Position numbers and translations under genes: made by a program. From an uncultured Clostridia bacterium (GTDB lineage: Bacteria; Bacillota; Clostridia; TANB77; CAG-508), in NCBI GenBank assembly GCA_934120675.1, contig CAKOUU010000002.1, forward strand, positions 37,455-101,454: a stretch of DNA of 64,000 nucleotides. The letters are read 5' to 3'. The notes below the pieces were generated by a model. The model was not told where the DNA came from. It saw only the letters and a list, made by a program, of their open reading frames with translations, and searched no databases. Below are positions 8,945 to 19,988 of the stretch, one piece after another; position 1 is the first letter of the stretch, and every line of letters begins with the position of its first letter.

Positions 8945-11900
8945 ATGCTAGTAAACGAAAATGTAATAGAACAACTATGTATAGATGCGGGACATGCAAG
9001 AACACAAAAAGCAAGAAGATACCAAATGTTAGGAAATGTATCAATAACAAAAGTAGAATACGAAAACGAAAACAATTTTGAAATACATGCTAAAGTATCT
9101 GGAACAGAACAATATGACACATATGTTGAAGTGAAAAATGGAGAAGTAGAAGAAATAAGTTGCGATTGCCCAGATTATTACAATACATATGGTGTCTGCA
9201 AACATAGTTTAGCATCAGTTTTTGAATTTGATAGAAATGGATTTCAAGACATAAAAAATCCAGATATAATTAAAAATCAAGATAGTATCACAAGACAAAA
9301 CAATAAAAACGCAAACAAATACAACGGTTTCCATCAAATTGTAAAAACACTATACAACGAAGAATTAGATGAAATAGATTCGGATATAGATGTTGAATTA
9401 AAAAATAAAGGAACTATAAAAATAGAACCACAAATAATATATGATAAGTTTACTAGAGAAATGAAAATAGAATTTAAAATCGGAAATAAAAGAATGTACA
9501 AACTCAAAAATTTAGCAGAATTTTATGTGAGAATGATGAACAAAGAATTATATAAATATGGTGATAAATTAGAATTTGTACATACACAAGAAGTGTTTGA
9601 AGAAAATAGCCAGAAAATGTTGGATTTTATAATGAAATATGCAGAAGTAATTGCATACACGAATTCTTCAGCAAATTCAAATTATAGATATTACGGAAAA
9701 GCTTTAAATGAAAGTTCAATTATAATTGGGAATACAGCGATCGATGAATTGTTTGATACATTAGAAAATAAAACAGTTTTAATTACAAGAGAATATGAAA
9801 AACAAAATATAAAATTTGTAGACCAAAATCCAGATTTAACATTTAGACTAGAAAAGATAGACAATGACGAATATAGAATTATAGCAGACTTTGATGTTTT
9901 CAAAATTGTAATTTTAAATGGAAAAAAATATAAATATGTTTTAACAGATGAAAACCTTTATAGATGTAACAAGGAATTTGAAAAAACAACTTTAAGATTA
10001 TTAAAAGTTTTTAGAGAAAATTTTTTAACACAGATATCACTTGGAAAAGATGAGTTAGGAGAACTATTTTCTGTAGTACTTTCAAAGGTAAAAAATGCTA
10101 TAAAAATAGAACCTGAATTATTGGAAGAGATAAAAGAATATGAACCTGAGAAATTAGGAGTAAAAGTATTTTTAGACTATGACAAAAATAATTATCTTGT
10201 AGCGGATGTAAGATTATGCTATGGAGAGAATGAATTTAATCCATTGAATTCACAAGAGGAAAAAGAATTTAAATATTCAAGAAATCTTATTGAAGAAACA
10301 AAAGCAATGAATATTTTCAGAAAAACAGGTTTTATGTTTGATGTTCAAAATCTTAAATTTATATTACCAGATGAGGATAAAATCTATGAATTTTTAACAA
10401 ATGACATCAATTATTATATGAAAAAATTCGAAGTATTAGCAACAGAAAATTTTAAATCAAAAGAGGTTGCAAAACCTAAAATAGGAACAGTTGGTGTAAG
10501 AGTTGAAAATAATCTTCTAGAAATAGATATGGATAAGTTAAATATAGATTTAAACCAATTAGAAGATATTTTGCAAAAATATAAATTAAAGAAAAAGTAT
10601 TACAGATTAAAAGATGGAAGTTTTCTTGATTTACAAGAAAGTAATGAAATTGATTTTGTTGATAAGTTAATTTCAGGAACAGATGTTGATTATAAAGAAT
10701 TAGAGAGTGGAACAATTAGACTGCCAGTAAATAGAACATTGTATTTAAATCAGCTTTTAAAAGAAATAAAAGGCACAGAAATAGTAAAAAATAAAGAATA
10801 TAAGAATATCATAAATGGGCTAGATAAAAACTTATTGGATGAAGGCGAAAAAATACCAGAAGAAGTTGAACCAATATTAAGACCATATCAAAAAATAGGT
10901 TTTAAATGGTTAAAAACACTTGATAGATATAAATTTGGAGGAATACTTGCAGATGATATGGGACTTGGAAAAACAATTCAAATTATCTCAATTTTGCTAG
11001 ACTACAAGCAAAATACAGAAGATGCGAAAACAAGTATAGTAGTATCTCCAAGCTCATTATCATTAAACTGGAAAAATGAAATAGAAAAATTTGCACCAGA
11101 TTTAAAAATGAAAGTAATTAGAGGAACTGCATCAGAAAGAAAAATGGAAATTAACCACTTGGAAAAATATGATATAATAATAACATCATATGATTTGTTA
11201 AAAAGAGATATTGATGTGTACAAAGATAAAAAATATTGCTTTAAATACATAATCGCGGATGAAGCACAGTATTTGAAAAATAATACAACCAAAAATGCAA
11301 AGGCAATAAAAATGTTAAATGCAGAAACAAGATTTGCATTAACAGGAACACCAATTGAAAATTCATTAGCAGAATTGTGGTCAATATTTGACTTGATAAT
11401 GCCGGGCTATCTATTTAGTTACAAAGAATTTAAATCAACATATGAAATGCCAATTGTAAGAGATGAAGACCGAGATGCAATGAATAAATTAAAAATGTTG
11501 ATAGAACCATTTGTATTAAGAAGAACTAAAAAAGAAGTTTTAACAGAATTGCCAGAAAAAACAATTACAGTTTTAAATAATGAAATGGAAGAAGAACAAA
11601 GAAATATTTATTTATCATATTTGGTTCAAGCAAAACAAGAATTGCAAGATGAAATTAGTTCAAATGGATATGAAAGAAGTCAAATAAAAATACTTGCCGC
11701 ACTTACAAGATTAAGACAGATATGTTGTCATCCAGGCTTATTTATAGAAAATTATAAAGGTGGAAGTAGTAAATTAGACCAATGTATGGAAATTGTTGAA
11801 GATGGAATAACGGCTGGACACAAGATTTTACTATTTTCAACATATACTTCAATGTTTGAAATATTAGAAAAAGAACTTAATAAAAGAGATATCAAATATT

Positions 11901-12277
11901 TTAAATTAACAGGAAGTACAAAAGTTGATGAAAGAATAGAATTGGTTGATGAGTTTAATCAAAATAAAGATATAAGCGTATTTTTAATATCATTAAAAGC
12001 AGGTGGAACAGGACTAAATTTAATTGGTGCAGATATGGTTATACATTATGACCCATGGTGGAATTTATCTGCAGAAAATCAGGCAACAGATAGGGCGTAT
12101 AGAATTGGACAGAAAAATAACGTTCAAGTGTACAAGTTGATAACAAAAGATTCAATTGAAGAGAAAATTTATGAACTTCAACAACGTAAGGCGGAACTTA
12201 CTGATAATATGCTTAATACGCAGACGACTTTTATTAATAAATTATCAAAAGATGATATTATGAATTTATTTAGTTAA
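8945..12277 (+). CDS. SNF2-family helicase with N-terminal SWIM zinc finger (YwqA-like)
   Basis: SWIM CxC...CxH (CDCPDYYNTYGVCKHS). SNF2 motifs DDMGLGKT and DEAQYLKN. Helicase C-terminal domain. Confidence 0.85.
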   Translation: MLVNENVIEQLCIDAGHARTQKARRYQMLGNVSITKVEYENENNFEIHAKVSGTEQYDTYVEVKNGEVEEISCDCPDYYNTYGVCKHSLASVFEFDRNGFQDIKNPDIIKNQDSITRQNNKNANKYNGFHQIVKTLYNEELDEIDSDIDVELKNKGTIKIEPQIIYDKFTREMKIEFKIGNKRMYKLKNLAEFYVRMMNKELYKYGDKLEFVHTQEVFEENSQKMLDFIMKYAEVIAYTNSSANSNYRYYGKALNESSIIIGNTAIDELFDTLENKTVLITREYEKQNIKFVDQNPDLTFRLEKIDNDEYRIIADFDVFKIVILNGKKYKYVLTDENLYRCNKEFEKTTLRLLKVFRENFLTQISLGKDELGELFSVVLSKVKNAIKIEPELLEEIKEYEPEKLGVKVFLDYDKNNYLVADVRLCYGENEFNPLNSQEEKEFKYSRNLIEETKAMNIFRKTGFMFDVQNLKFILPDEDKIYEFLTNDINYYMKKFEVLATENFKSKEVAKPKIGTVGVRVENNLLEIDMDKLNIDLNQLEDILQKYKLKKKYYRLKDGSFLDLQESNEIDFVDKLISGTDVDYKELESGTIRLPVNRTLYLNQLLKEIKGTEIVKNKEYKNIINGLDKNLLDEGEKIPEEVEPILRPYQKIGFKWLKTLDRYKFGGILADDMGLGKTIQIISILLDYKQNTEDAKTSIVVSPSSLSLNWKNEIEKFAPDLKMKVIRGTASERKMEINHLEKYDIIITSYDLLKRDIDVYKDKKYCFKYIIADEAQYLKNNTTKNAKAIKMLNAETRFALTGTPIENSLAELWSIFDLIMPGYLFSYKEFKSTYEMPIVRDEDRDAMNKLKMLIEPFVLRRTKKEVLTELPEKTITVLNNEMEEEQRNIYLSYLVQAKQELQDEISSNGYERSQIKILAALTRLRQICCHPGLFIENYKGGSSKLDQCMEIVEDGITAGHKILLFSTYTSMFEILEKELNKRDIKYFKLTGSTKVDERIELVDEFNQNKDISVFLISLKAGGTGLNLIGADMVIHYDPWWNLSAENQATDRAYRIGQKNNVQVYKLITKDSIEEKIYELQQRKAELTDNMLNTQTTFINKLSKDDIMNLFS

Positions 12278-12327
12278 TGTCGCATTGGGGACGGTTCTGT
12301 TTGAGACATCGGTTCCAAAACAGACAT
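12275..12327 (+). repeat. Copy 1 of a 53-nt intergenic repeat that starts on the stop codon (TAATGTC..GGGACGGTTCTGTTTGA.ACAT.GGTTCCAAAA.AGACAT)
   Basis: About 85% identical to 45686-45738. Confidence 0.6.
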
Positions 12328-12365
12328 TGAAATTGTTACAAAATAATAATAATGGGGGAAATATT

Positions 12366-12704
12366 ATGGAAAATTGGATGCAAAAATTTGAAAATAAACA
12401 AGAAGAAACATATGAAGAGACGATAAGGAATGAGTTAGATCCATTATTAGATTTGGTTGATCATTCAAATATATATAGAGTTACTGACATGGAAAAGGCC
12501 TTGGCACGTATTGTTGAACTATATGAAAAACTAGAAAAATCAAGATTAGAATATGATAAAAAAGATATGATTCTAAAAAAGAAGCAATTAGTAGAGTTGA
12601 GATTTAAAATTAAAAAAGAAGAACATATGGAATCACATGAATCAGAGTCATGGAATGAGTTTGAAAAAGAGGAGCAAGAAAGGGACGATGATGAAGAAAG
12701 ATAG
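12366..12704 (+). CDS. Hypothetical acidic protein
   Basis: RBS ggggga is followed by ATG at 12366. The longer ORF from 12285 merely reads through the repeat element. The 3' end overlaps the trmFO start by 17 nt. Confidence 0.4.
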   Translation: MENWMQKFENKQEETYEETIRNELDPLLDLVDHSNIYRVTDMEKALARIVELYEKLEKSRLEYDKKDMILKKKQLVELRFKIKKEEHMESHESESWNEFEKEEQERDDDEER

Positions 12705-14130
12705 TATTACAATTATAGGTGGAGGCCTTGCCGGGTGTGAGGCTGCATATCAAATTGCAAAAGCAGGAATAAAAGTAAAATTATATGAAATGAAACCAAT
12801 TAAATATTCTGAAGCACATTCAAATCAAAATTTGGCGGAGATAGTGTGTAGTAATTCTTTTAAATCAAACTTGCTAACAAATGCATGTGGCTTATTAAAA
12901 GAAGAATTGAGGAGATTAGATTCTTTATTAATTAGAATTGCTGACGAAACTCAAGTTCCTGCAGGTCAAGCATTAGCAGTTGATAGAGAATTGTTTGCAA
13001 AAAGGGTAACAGAGGAAATCGAAGCAAATCCATTAATAGAAATTATCCACAAAGAGGTAGAAAGTGTGGATTCAAAAAGTGAAATAAATGCAGATGATGG
13101 GATAGTTATAATTGCTACAGGCCCACTGACTTCAGAGAAAATGGCAAAACAGATTTCTAAATTGACAGGTGAAGATAAATTATATTTTTATGATGCGGCT
13201 GCACCTATCATATCAAAAGATAGTATTAATTTTGATATTGCTTTTTATGGGAATAGATATGAACAAGAAAAGAAAAAAGATGAGACTGTAGAAGAATGGC
13301 AAGAAAAACAAAAAAATCAAGAGAAAAGTTATATCAATTTGCCTATGAATAAAGAAGAGTATGATGCTTTTTGGAAAGAATTAACAGAAGCGGAAGTTGT
13401 TACTTTACATGATTTTGAAAAAAGAGAAATTTTTGAAGGATGTATGCCAATAGAAATTATGGCAAAAAGAGGAATGGATACATTACGTTTTGGACCATTA
13501 AAACCAGTTGGGTTTGATGACCCAAGATATGCCAAAAGACCTTATGCCGTTGTGCAATTGCGTCAAGATAATTCTGAAGGAAATATCTATAATATGGTTG
13601 GTTTCCAAACAAATTTGAAATTTGGAGAGCAAAAAAGAGTGTTTAGTATGATTCCAGGACTTGAAAATGCAGAGTTTGTAAAATATGGTGTAATGCACAG
13701 AAATACATATATCAATTCAACTAAATTATTAGACGAGACATATAATTTGAAATCAAATCATAATATTTTCTTTGCAGGGCAAATAACAGGTGTAGAAGGA
13801 TATGTAGAATCTATTTCTTCTGGAATGGTTGCGGCTTTGAATGCAATTAAATTATTTAAAAAGAATGTTGACGGTCATGTAAATGATAAAATAAAAATGC
13901 AAAATAATAATGAGACTGGTTTAAATAATGAGATAAGTTTAGAAGATAGGGTTGTATTTTCTGAATATACAGTAATTGGAGCATTGGCAAAATATATTTC
14001 AACTGAAAATGATAAGTTCCAACCAATGAATGCAAATTTTGGAATTTTACCTGAATTAGAAGGTAAAAAGATTAGGGATAAAAGGGAAAGGTATGCAAAA
14101 CTAGCAGAGAGAAGTTTGAAATTTTTTTAG
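12688..14130 (+). CDS. trmFO: Methylenetetrahydrofolate--tRNA-(uracil54-C5)-methyltransferase TrmFO (Gid)
   Basis: FAD-binding motif ITIIGGGLAGCEAA and TrmFO-conserved blocks. Start chosen at the ATG after RBS aagaggag. Confidence 0.85.
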   Translation: MMKKDSITIIGGGLAGCEAAYQIAKAGIKVKLYEMKPIKYSEAHSNQNLAEIVCSNSFKSNLLTNACGLLKEELRRLDSLLIRIADETQVPAGQALAVDRELFAKRVTEEIEANPLIEIIHKEVESVDSKSEINADDGIVIIATGPLTSEKMAKQISKLTGEDKLYFYDAAAPIISKDSINFDIAFYGNRYEQEKKKDETVEEWQEKQKNQEKSYINLPMNKEEYDAFWKELTEAEVVTLHDFEKREIFEGCMPIEIMAKRGMDTLRFGPLKPVGFDDPRYAKRPYAVVQLRQDNSEGNIYNMVGFQTNLKFGEQKRVFSMIPGLENAEFVKYGVMHRNTYINSTKLLDETYNLKSNHNIFFAGQITGVEGYVESISSGMVAALNAIKLFKKNVDGHVNDKIKMQNNNETGLNNEISLEDRVVFSEYTVIGALAKYISTENDKFQPMNANFGILPELEGKKIRDKRERYAKLAERSLKFF

Positions 14131-14295
14131 GTGTAATATTACTGTAATGTTACAAATATGTTAAATTTTAAAGAATTTACATAATACTATTGCAAACGTT
14201 GTCAAATTTTGCTATAATTTTAATTAGTGATAATATTTGAGAAAAGAAGGAGGAATTAATCAATTAGATTTTATATAATTGATTATGAAAATATT

Positions 14296-15924
14296 ATGGA
14301 TAAAATTTTAGATGAATTAAAAAAGATGGAAGAAATTAATATTGAATTTAAAAAAAGTGCAGAAAATGAAAGAACTATGAAAATTAAAGAAAAAGAAATA
14401 GCAAAGATGTACGAAAATGCACAGTTGAAGATGATTGGAACAGAAGAAAGAGAACAAGCTTTAAAGGAATATGAAGAAAAGAAAAACAGGCTTGAAAAAA
14501 TTAGTGAACTAAAAAAAGCCGGAGATAAGGAAATTGAGGAAAATTTTGAAAATAATAAAAAGGCAATAATTGAAGAAATAGATAAAAGGTTAGAAAAATA
14601 CGAAAAAATAGAACAAGAAAAAGAAAAAATGAAAGAAGCAAAAAAAGAAAGAGACGAAGAGGTTTTAAAATTAGAGAGTCAAAAAAATGTGTATTCTAAA
14701 ATTGCTCAAAACAGTAAAAAAGATATTGCAAATATTCTTGAAAAATTAAATAATGGTGAACGAGTTAGTATGGATAGACTAACAGATGCTCAAAATGAAT
14801 ATAATGCAAATGTGTCAAAAGTCATTGGTATCGAAAACCAAATTAAAGAATTAAATGATAAAGAATTTGAAATTTCAGAGGATATTGAAAAGAATCCAGA
14901 GGAAATATTGGATTTACAATATTTAAAGTATAGAATTGTTGGAATTAAAATTAGTGAGCTTGATAAAATAAAAGAAGATCCTTTTGTTGAAAAATATGGA
15001 AAAGAAGAAACAAAAGATGAAAATGACAAGCCGGGAGAAAATTCTGAAAAAGGTTCAAACGACGAAAAAGACAAGCCAGGAGAAAATTCTGGAAAAGATT
15101 CAAACGACGAAAAAGACAAGCCAGGAGAAAATTCTGGAAAAGATTCAAATGACGGAAAAGATAAGTCAAGAGGAAAAACTCCTAAATTTAAAGATACAAT
15201 AGTATTAGATGCTTATAACAATAAACTTGTTGTAAATGGCGTACTAAAAGATTTCCTAGAAGTATTTAGAAAAGATGGAAAAAAACTAAAAGAAGATAGT
15301 GATCTTGCTATAGGAAGCTTATTTGCAGGCGATAAAAAGATGGTTAAATATATAGACTATGGATTATTAAAAGCTTTGGATGATAAAGATAGAAATCTTG
15401 CTTTAGAATACCTAAATGTTATAAGAGGAGGAGGAGAAAAATCTTCTAGTGAAAGTGCTGAAATATTAAAAAATGCAATAGATATTAAATATAAATTTAA
15501 TAATGATTTAAATACATTTTTAAGTTTTAGAAAAAAGATGATTGCAAGAAAAGCAGTTGAACTAGGAATTGCTGAAATAGAAGGAATAAATGACAAAAGT
15601 TTGGCTAAAAGAATAAAAGAAAGAATGTCTAAAGCAAAAAATATTAAATTATTTGGAACGAAAGAAAAAGTAAAAGAAATTGCAAGTGGTGATGTTAAAA
15701 CTATAGCTCAACAAGATAAAGAAAAAACGATTGAAAAAATAAAAGAAGATAGAGCTAATGGAAGTAGAATTATGCAAAATGTTAAAGTTGATGATAGTGT
15801 AAAAGAAAATTTAAATACTGTGTCTAAAAAGTATAGTGAAACTGAAAATGAGATTACAAACGAAATAGGAAAAGATGTTAGAAAAATAGTTGCTGAAAAT
15901 AATGAATCTGAAATTTGTGAATAA
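14296..15924 (+). CDS. Hypothetical cytoplasmic coiled-coil protein with 15-aa tandem repeats
   Basis: 542 aa, Lys/Glu-rich, no signal peptide. Three NDEKDKPGENSGKDS repeats. Confidence 0.5.
   Translation: MDKILDELKKMEEINIEFKKSAENERTMKIKEKEIAKMYENAQLKMIGTEEREQALKEYEEKKNRLEKISELKKAGDKEIEENFENNKKAIIEEIDKRLEKYEKIEQEKEKMKEAKKERDEEVLKLESQKNVYSKIAQNSKKDIANILEKLNNGERVSMDRLTDAQNEYNANVSKVIGIENQIKELNDKEFEISEDIEKNPEEILDLQYLKYRIVGIKISELDKIKEDPFVEKYGKEETKDENDKPGENSEKGSNDEKDKPGENSGKDSNDEKDKPGENSGKDSNDGKDKSRGKTPKFKDTIVLDAYNNKLVVNGVLKDFLEVFRKDGKKLKEDSDLAIGSLFAGDKKMVKYIDYGLLKALDDKDRNLALEYLNVIRGGGEKSSSESAEILKNAIDIKYKFNNDLNTFLSFRKKMIARKAVELGIAEIEGINDKSLAKRIKERMSKAKNIKLFGTKEKVKEIASGDVKTIAQQDKEKTIEKIKEDRANGSRIMQNVKVDDSVKENLNTVSKKYSETENEITNEIGKDVRKIVAENNESEICE
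15025..15159 (+). repeat. 45-nt x3 tandem coding repeat
   Basis: gacaagccaggagaaaattctggaaaagattcaaacgacgaaaaa appears three times. Confidence 0.7.
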
Positions 15925-16041
15925 TAAATATCATAAAAATATAAGTTACTGTTTTACAAAAGATAGATAAAGTTATAATTCACAGCTAATAATCAAATGC
16001 AACACAGATAAAACTGAATTGAAAAAAAAATCAAGTTTTTC

Positions 16042-16070
16042 TTGACTTATAGACATAAAAATGGTACAAT
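16042..16070 (+). promoter_or_regulatory. str-operon promoter
   Basis: TTGACT at 16042-16047 and TGgTACAAT (extended -10) at 16062-16070, with a 17-nt spacer. Confidence 0.5.
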
Positions 16071-16207
16071 ATAAACTGTTATGGTAAATTGTGTGAAATG
16101 TACAATTCCGTAACAGTTTATTACATTTTAAAAGTGTAAATATTTCAAAAATATTACACAGAAACAATAAAAAATGTAAAAATAAAAAAGTAGGAGGTGA
16201 AATTTAA

Positions 16208-16621
16208 GTGCCAACAATTAATCAATTAGTAAGAAAAGGAAGACAAACAGGAGTAACAAAATCAACTGCACCAGCTCTTCAACATGGATGGAACTCAAAA
16301 AATAAAAAATTAACAAATAACAGAGCTCCACAAAAAAGAGGTGTATGTACAGTAGTTAAAACAGTTACACCTAAGAAGCCAAACTCTGCTTTAAGAAAAG
16401 TAGCCAGAGTAAGACTTTCTAATGGTTATGAAGTTACATCTTATATCCCAGGTATAGGACATAACTTACAAGAACACAGTGTTGTATTAATCAGAGGTGG
16501 TAGGGTAAAAGACCTTCCAGGTGTTAGATACCATATCATTAGAGGAACATTAGATACAGCTGGTGTTAAAGATAGAATGCAAGCTCGTTCTAAATATGGG
16601 GCTAAGCGTCCTAAAAAATAG
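16208..16621 (+). CDS. rpsL: 30S ribosomal protein S12
   Basis: GTG start. [12 protein letters not shown]...[10 protein letters not shown]...[13 protein letters not shown]. Confidence 0.95.
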   Translation: MPTINQLVRKGRQTGVTKSTAPALQHGWNSKNKKLTNNRAPQKRGVCTVVKTVTPKKPNSALRKVARVRLSNGYEVTSYIPGIGHNLQEHSVVLIRGGRVKDLPGVRYHIIRGTLDTAGVKDRMQARSKYGAKRPKK

Positions 16622-16641
16622 AAAAATGAACTAAATCAGCT

Positions 16642-16732
16642 ATCTTGCACATTTTTAACATTTGCTCCAGACTTCGGCATACAAACGTATAGCCTCAGCC
16701 TGTAACAAACATTAAAAATGCACAATATAACT
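16642..16732 (+). repeat. str-operon intergenic repeat, copy 1 (divergent core)
   Basis: Shares the ends atcttgcacatttt ... gacttcggc ... aaaaatgcacaatataac with copies 2 and 3. The rpsL-rpsG spacer is unusually long at 356 nt. Confidence 0.6.
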
Positions 16733-16977
16733 AATTTATTCCATTTTAATATTATTTAAAGGAAGATTAGTAACATGAAATTGAAAATTAGTGCTTGTAA
16801 TACTTACTAAATTTTTCTAAATGTTTTTAGAATGAACTTGTTGTTTATTTTTATAAACATAAAAAGGTACTTAAATTTAGGAATATATTATAATGCACTA
16901 TACGGATAGGTTATCCTATCAGAGTACCTAAGATATTTTATAAATATCTAATAAAAATTTTTAAGGAGGGAAGAATA

Positions 16978-17448
16978 GTGCCAAGAAGAGGATATATAGC
17001 AAAAAGAGATGTTTTACCAGATCCAATTTATAATAGTAAAGTTGTTACAAAATTAGTAAACAACATAATGTTAGATGGTAAAAAATCAGTTGCTCAAAAC
17101 ATAGTATATGATGCATTTGATATCATAAAAGAAAAAGAAGGAAAAAATCCTTTAGAAGTTTTTGAAGCAGCTTTAGAAAACGTAATGCCAGTTCTAGAAG
17201 TTAAAGCTAGAAGAGTTGGTGGAGCTACATACCAAGTTCCATTAGAGATTAGACCAGAAAGAAGACAAACTTTAGGTTTAAGATGGTTAGTTTCTTATGC
17301 AAGAAATAGACATGAAAAAACTATGGCTGAAAAATTAGCTGGTGAAATTATGGATGCTGTTGCTGGAAATGGTGGAGCATTTAAGAAGAAAGAAGATACT
17401 CATAGAATGGCTGAGGCTAATAAGGCTTTTGCTCACTACAAATGGTAA
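16978..17448 (+). CDS. rpsG: 30S ribosomal protein S7
   Basis: GTG start with RBS aaggaggg. Sequence [18 protein letters not shown]... Confidence 0.95.
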   Translation: MPRRGYIAKRDVLPDPIYNSKVVTKLVNNIMLDGKKSVAQNIVYDAFDIIKEKEGKNPLEVFEAALENVMPVLEVKARRVGGATYQVPLEIRPERRQTLGLRWLVSYARNRHEKTMAEKLAGEIMDAVAGNGGAFKKKEDTHRMAEANKAFAHYKW

Positions 17449-17465
17449 AATTTCCGTTAAAAGCA

Positions 17466-17560
17466 ATCATCTGCACATTTTCAATATTAATTCCAAACCT
17501 TGACGTACCTACGTACGACTTCGGCTTGTAATTAATCTTAAAAATGCACAGCTAATCACT
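17466..17560 (+). repeat. str-operon intergenic repeat, copy 2
   Basis: About 90% identical to copy 3: ...tgcacattttcaatattaattccaaaccttgacgtacctacgtacgacttcggcttgtaattaatcttaaaaatgcaca... Confidence 0.7.
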
Positions 17561-17629
17561 TTTAACAAAAATTTAAATTTGAGAGTATTAAAAAAGAATT
17601 ATAAAAGAAACCGAGAGGGGGAAATATAG

Positions 17630-19711
17630 ATGGCAGGAAGAGCATACCCATTAGAGAGAACAAGAAATATAGGAATAATGGCTCATATTGATGCTGGTAA
17701 AACAACAACAACAGAGAGAATATTATTCTATACAGGTAAAACTCACAAAATAGGTGAAGTTCACGAAGGTGCTGCTACAATGGACTGGATGGCACAAGAA
17801 CAAGAAAGAGGTATTACAATTACATCTGCTTGTACAACATGTTTCTGGAAAAATAATAGAATTAATATTATTGATACTCCAGGTCACGTTGACTTTACAG
17901 TAGAGGTTCAAAGATCTTTAAAAGTTCTTGATGGTGCTGTAACAGTTTTAGCAGCAAAAGGTGGAGTTCAACCACAAACAGAAACAGTTTGGAGACAAGC
18001 TGATAAATATAGTGTACCAAGAATGGTATATGTAAATAAAATGGATATTACTGGAGCTAACTTTATGCTTTGTGTTGAACAATTAAAAACAAGATTAAAA
18101 GCAAATGCAGTTCCAATCCAATTACCAGTTGGTGCAGAAGACAACTTCCAAGGTATAGTTGATCTTATTAAAATGAAAGCATACATCCAAGATGATAAAT
18201 TAGGTGAACACATTGTTGAAACAGATATTCCAGAAGATATGAAGGAAGATGCTGAAAAATGGAGAGCTAATATGATTGAGGCTGTTGCTGATCAAGATGA
18301 AGAATTAATGATGAAATACTTAGATGGTGAAGAACTAACAGCTGAAGAAATCAAAAGAGGTTTAAGAGCTGGAACATTAGCTAATAAAATAGTACCAGTT
18401 ACATGTGGTTCTTCATACAAAAACAAAGGTGTTCAAGAATTATTAGATGCAATAGTTGACTATATGCCATCACCATTAGATATACCACATATCAAAGGTG
18501 AAACATTAGATGGAGAAGAAACAGAAGCTAAAACTTCAGATGATGCTCCATTCGCAGCATTAGCATTTAAAATTGCTACTGACCCATTTGTTGGAAAATT
18601 ATGTTTCTTCAGAGTTTACTCTGGAACACTTGAATCTGGATCAACAGTTCTAAATTCAAGTAAAGACAAAAAAGAAAGAGTAGGAAGAATTCTTCAAATG
18701 CATGCAAATCACAGAGAAGATATTGAAAAAGTATATGCTGGTGATATTGCTGCAGCTGTAGGTTTAAAAGATGTTACAACTGGAAATACTTTATGTGATC
18801 CAGATCATCCAATAATCCTAGAATCAATGGAATTCCCAGAACCAGTTATCGATATAGCTATTGAGCCTAAAGATAAAGCTGCTCAAGAAAAAATGGGAAT
18901 CGCTTTAGCAAAACTTGCTGAAGAGGATCCAACATTCAAAGCTTATACAAATCAAGAAACTGGACAAACAATCATCGCTGGTATGGGTGAATTACACCTA
19001 GATATCATCGTAGATAGATTAAAAAGAGAATTCAAAGTTGAATGTAATGTAGGTAAACCACAAGTTGCTTACAAAGAAACAATTAGAAATAAAGTTAAAG
19101 TTCAAGGTAAATTTATTCGTCAATCTGGTGGTAAAGGACAATATGGTGATGTTTGGTTTGAAATGGAACCATTAGAGCCAGGCAAAGGAATAGAATTCGA
19201 AAGCAAAATCGTTGGAGGAGCTGTTCCAAAAGAATATATTAAACCTATTGAACAAGGTATGAGAGAAGCTGCTGAAAGTGGTATCTTAGCTGGTTACCCA
19301 GTTATAGATTTCAAAGTTTCATTAGTTGACGGTTCATACCACGAAGTTGACTCTTCAGAAATGGCATTTAAAATAGCTGCTTCTATGGCATTTAAAGAAG
19401 GATGTAAACAAGCTAAGTCAGTTATCTTAGAGCCAATTATGAAAGTTGAAATAACAGTTCCAGAAGAATACATGGGAGATGTTATTGGTGATGTAAACTC
19501 TAGAAGAGGTAGAATGGAAGGTATGGATTCTGAAGATGGAATGCAAGAAATACATGCATTTATTCCATTATCAGAAATGTTTGGTTATGCAACAGACTTA
19601 CGTTCTAAGACTCAAGGTAGAGGTTCATACTCTATGGAACCTTCTCATTATGAAGAAGTTCCAAAATCTGTTCTTGAAGCTATCGTGGCTTCTAGAAAGA
19701 AAAGTGAGTAA
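17630..19711 (+). CDS. fusA: Elongation factor G
   Basis: AHIDAGKTT and DTPGHVDF G-domain motifs. 693 aa. Confidence 0.95.
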   Translation: MAGRAYPLERTRNIGIMAHIDAGKTTTTERILFYTGKTHKIGEVHEGAATMDWMAQEQERGITITSACTTCFWKNNRINIIDTPGHVDFTVEVQRSLKVLDGAVTVLAAKGGVQPQTETVWRQADKYSVPRMVYVNKMDITGANFMLCVEQLKTRLKANAVPIQLPVGAEDNFQGIVDLIKMKAYIQDDKLGEHIVETDIPEDMKEDAEKWRANMIEAVADQDEELMMKYLDGEELTAEEIKRGLRAGTLANKIVPVTCGSSYKNKGVQELLDAIVDYMPSPLDIPHIKGETLDGEETEAKTSDDAPFAALAFKIATDPFVGKLCFFRVYSGTLESGSTVLNSSKDKKERVGRILQMHANHREDIEKVYAGDIAAAVGLKDVTTGNTLCDPDHPIILESMEFPEPVIDIAIEPKDKAAQEKMGIALAKLAEEDPTFKAYTNQETGQTIIAGMGELHLDIIVDRLKREFKVECNVGKPQVAYKETIRNKVKVQGKFIRQSGGKGQYGDVWFEMEPLEPGKGIEFESKIVGGAVPKEYIKPIEQGMREAAESGILAGYPVIDFKVSLVDGSYHEVDSSEMAFKIAASMAFKEGCKQAKSVILEPIMKVEITVPEEYMGDVIGDVNSRRGRMEGMDSEDGMQEIHAFIPLSEMFGYATDLRSKTQGRGSYSMEPSHYEEVPKSVLEAIVASRKKSE

Positions 19712-19725
19712 ATCGCTCTAAAATC

Positions 19726-19818
19726 ATCATCTTGCACATTTTCGATATTAATTCCAAACCTCGACGTACACACGTACGACTTCGGCTTGTAATTAATCTC
19801 AAAAATGCACAATATAAC
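19726..19818 (+). repeat. str-operon intergenic repeat, copy 3
   Basis: atcttgcacattttcgatattaattccaaacctcgacgtacacacgtacgacttcggcttgtaattaatctcaaaaatgcacaatataac. Confidence 0.7.
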
Positions 19819-19988
19819 GATTTTATATCGATTTGAATCAACGAAAATATATATTTAATAAAAGTACTTGCATTTTTAATGAAAATGTTGTAAAATGCAA
19901 GTGCAATAAATAATTTACGTTATTAAATTTTAAAATAAAGTAGCTACGTTCGAAAAGAACGGCTAACTAAAATAAGGAGGATTTTAAA

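Noticed and set aside
12285-12365. N-terminal extension of the 12366 ORF (MGTVLFETSVPKQ...)
   Set aside because: It reads through the 53-nt intergenic repeat. The RBS and ATG at 12366 are the better start.
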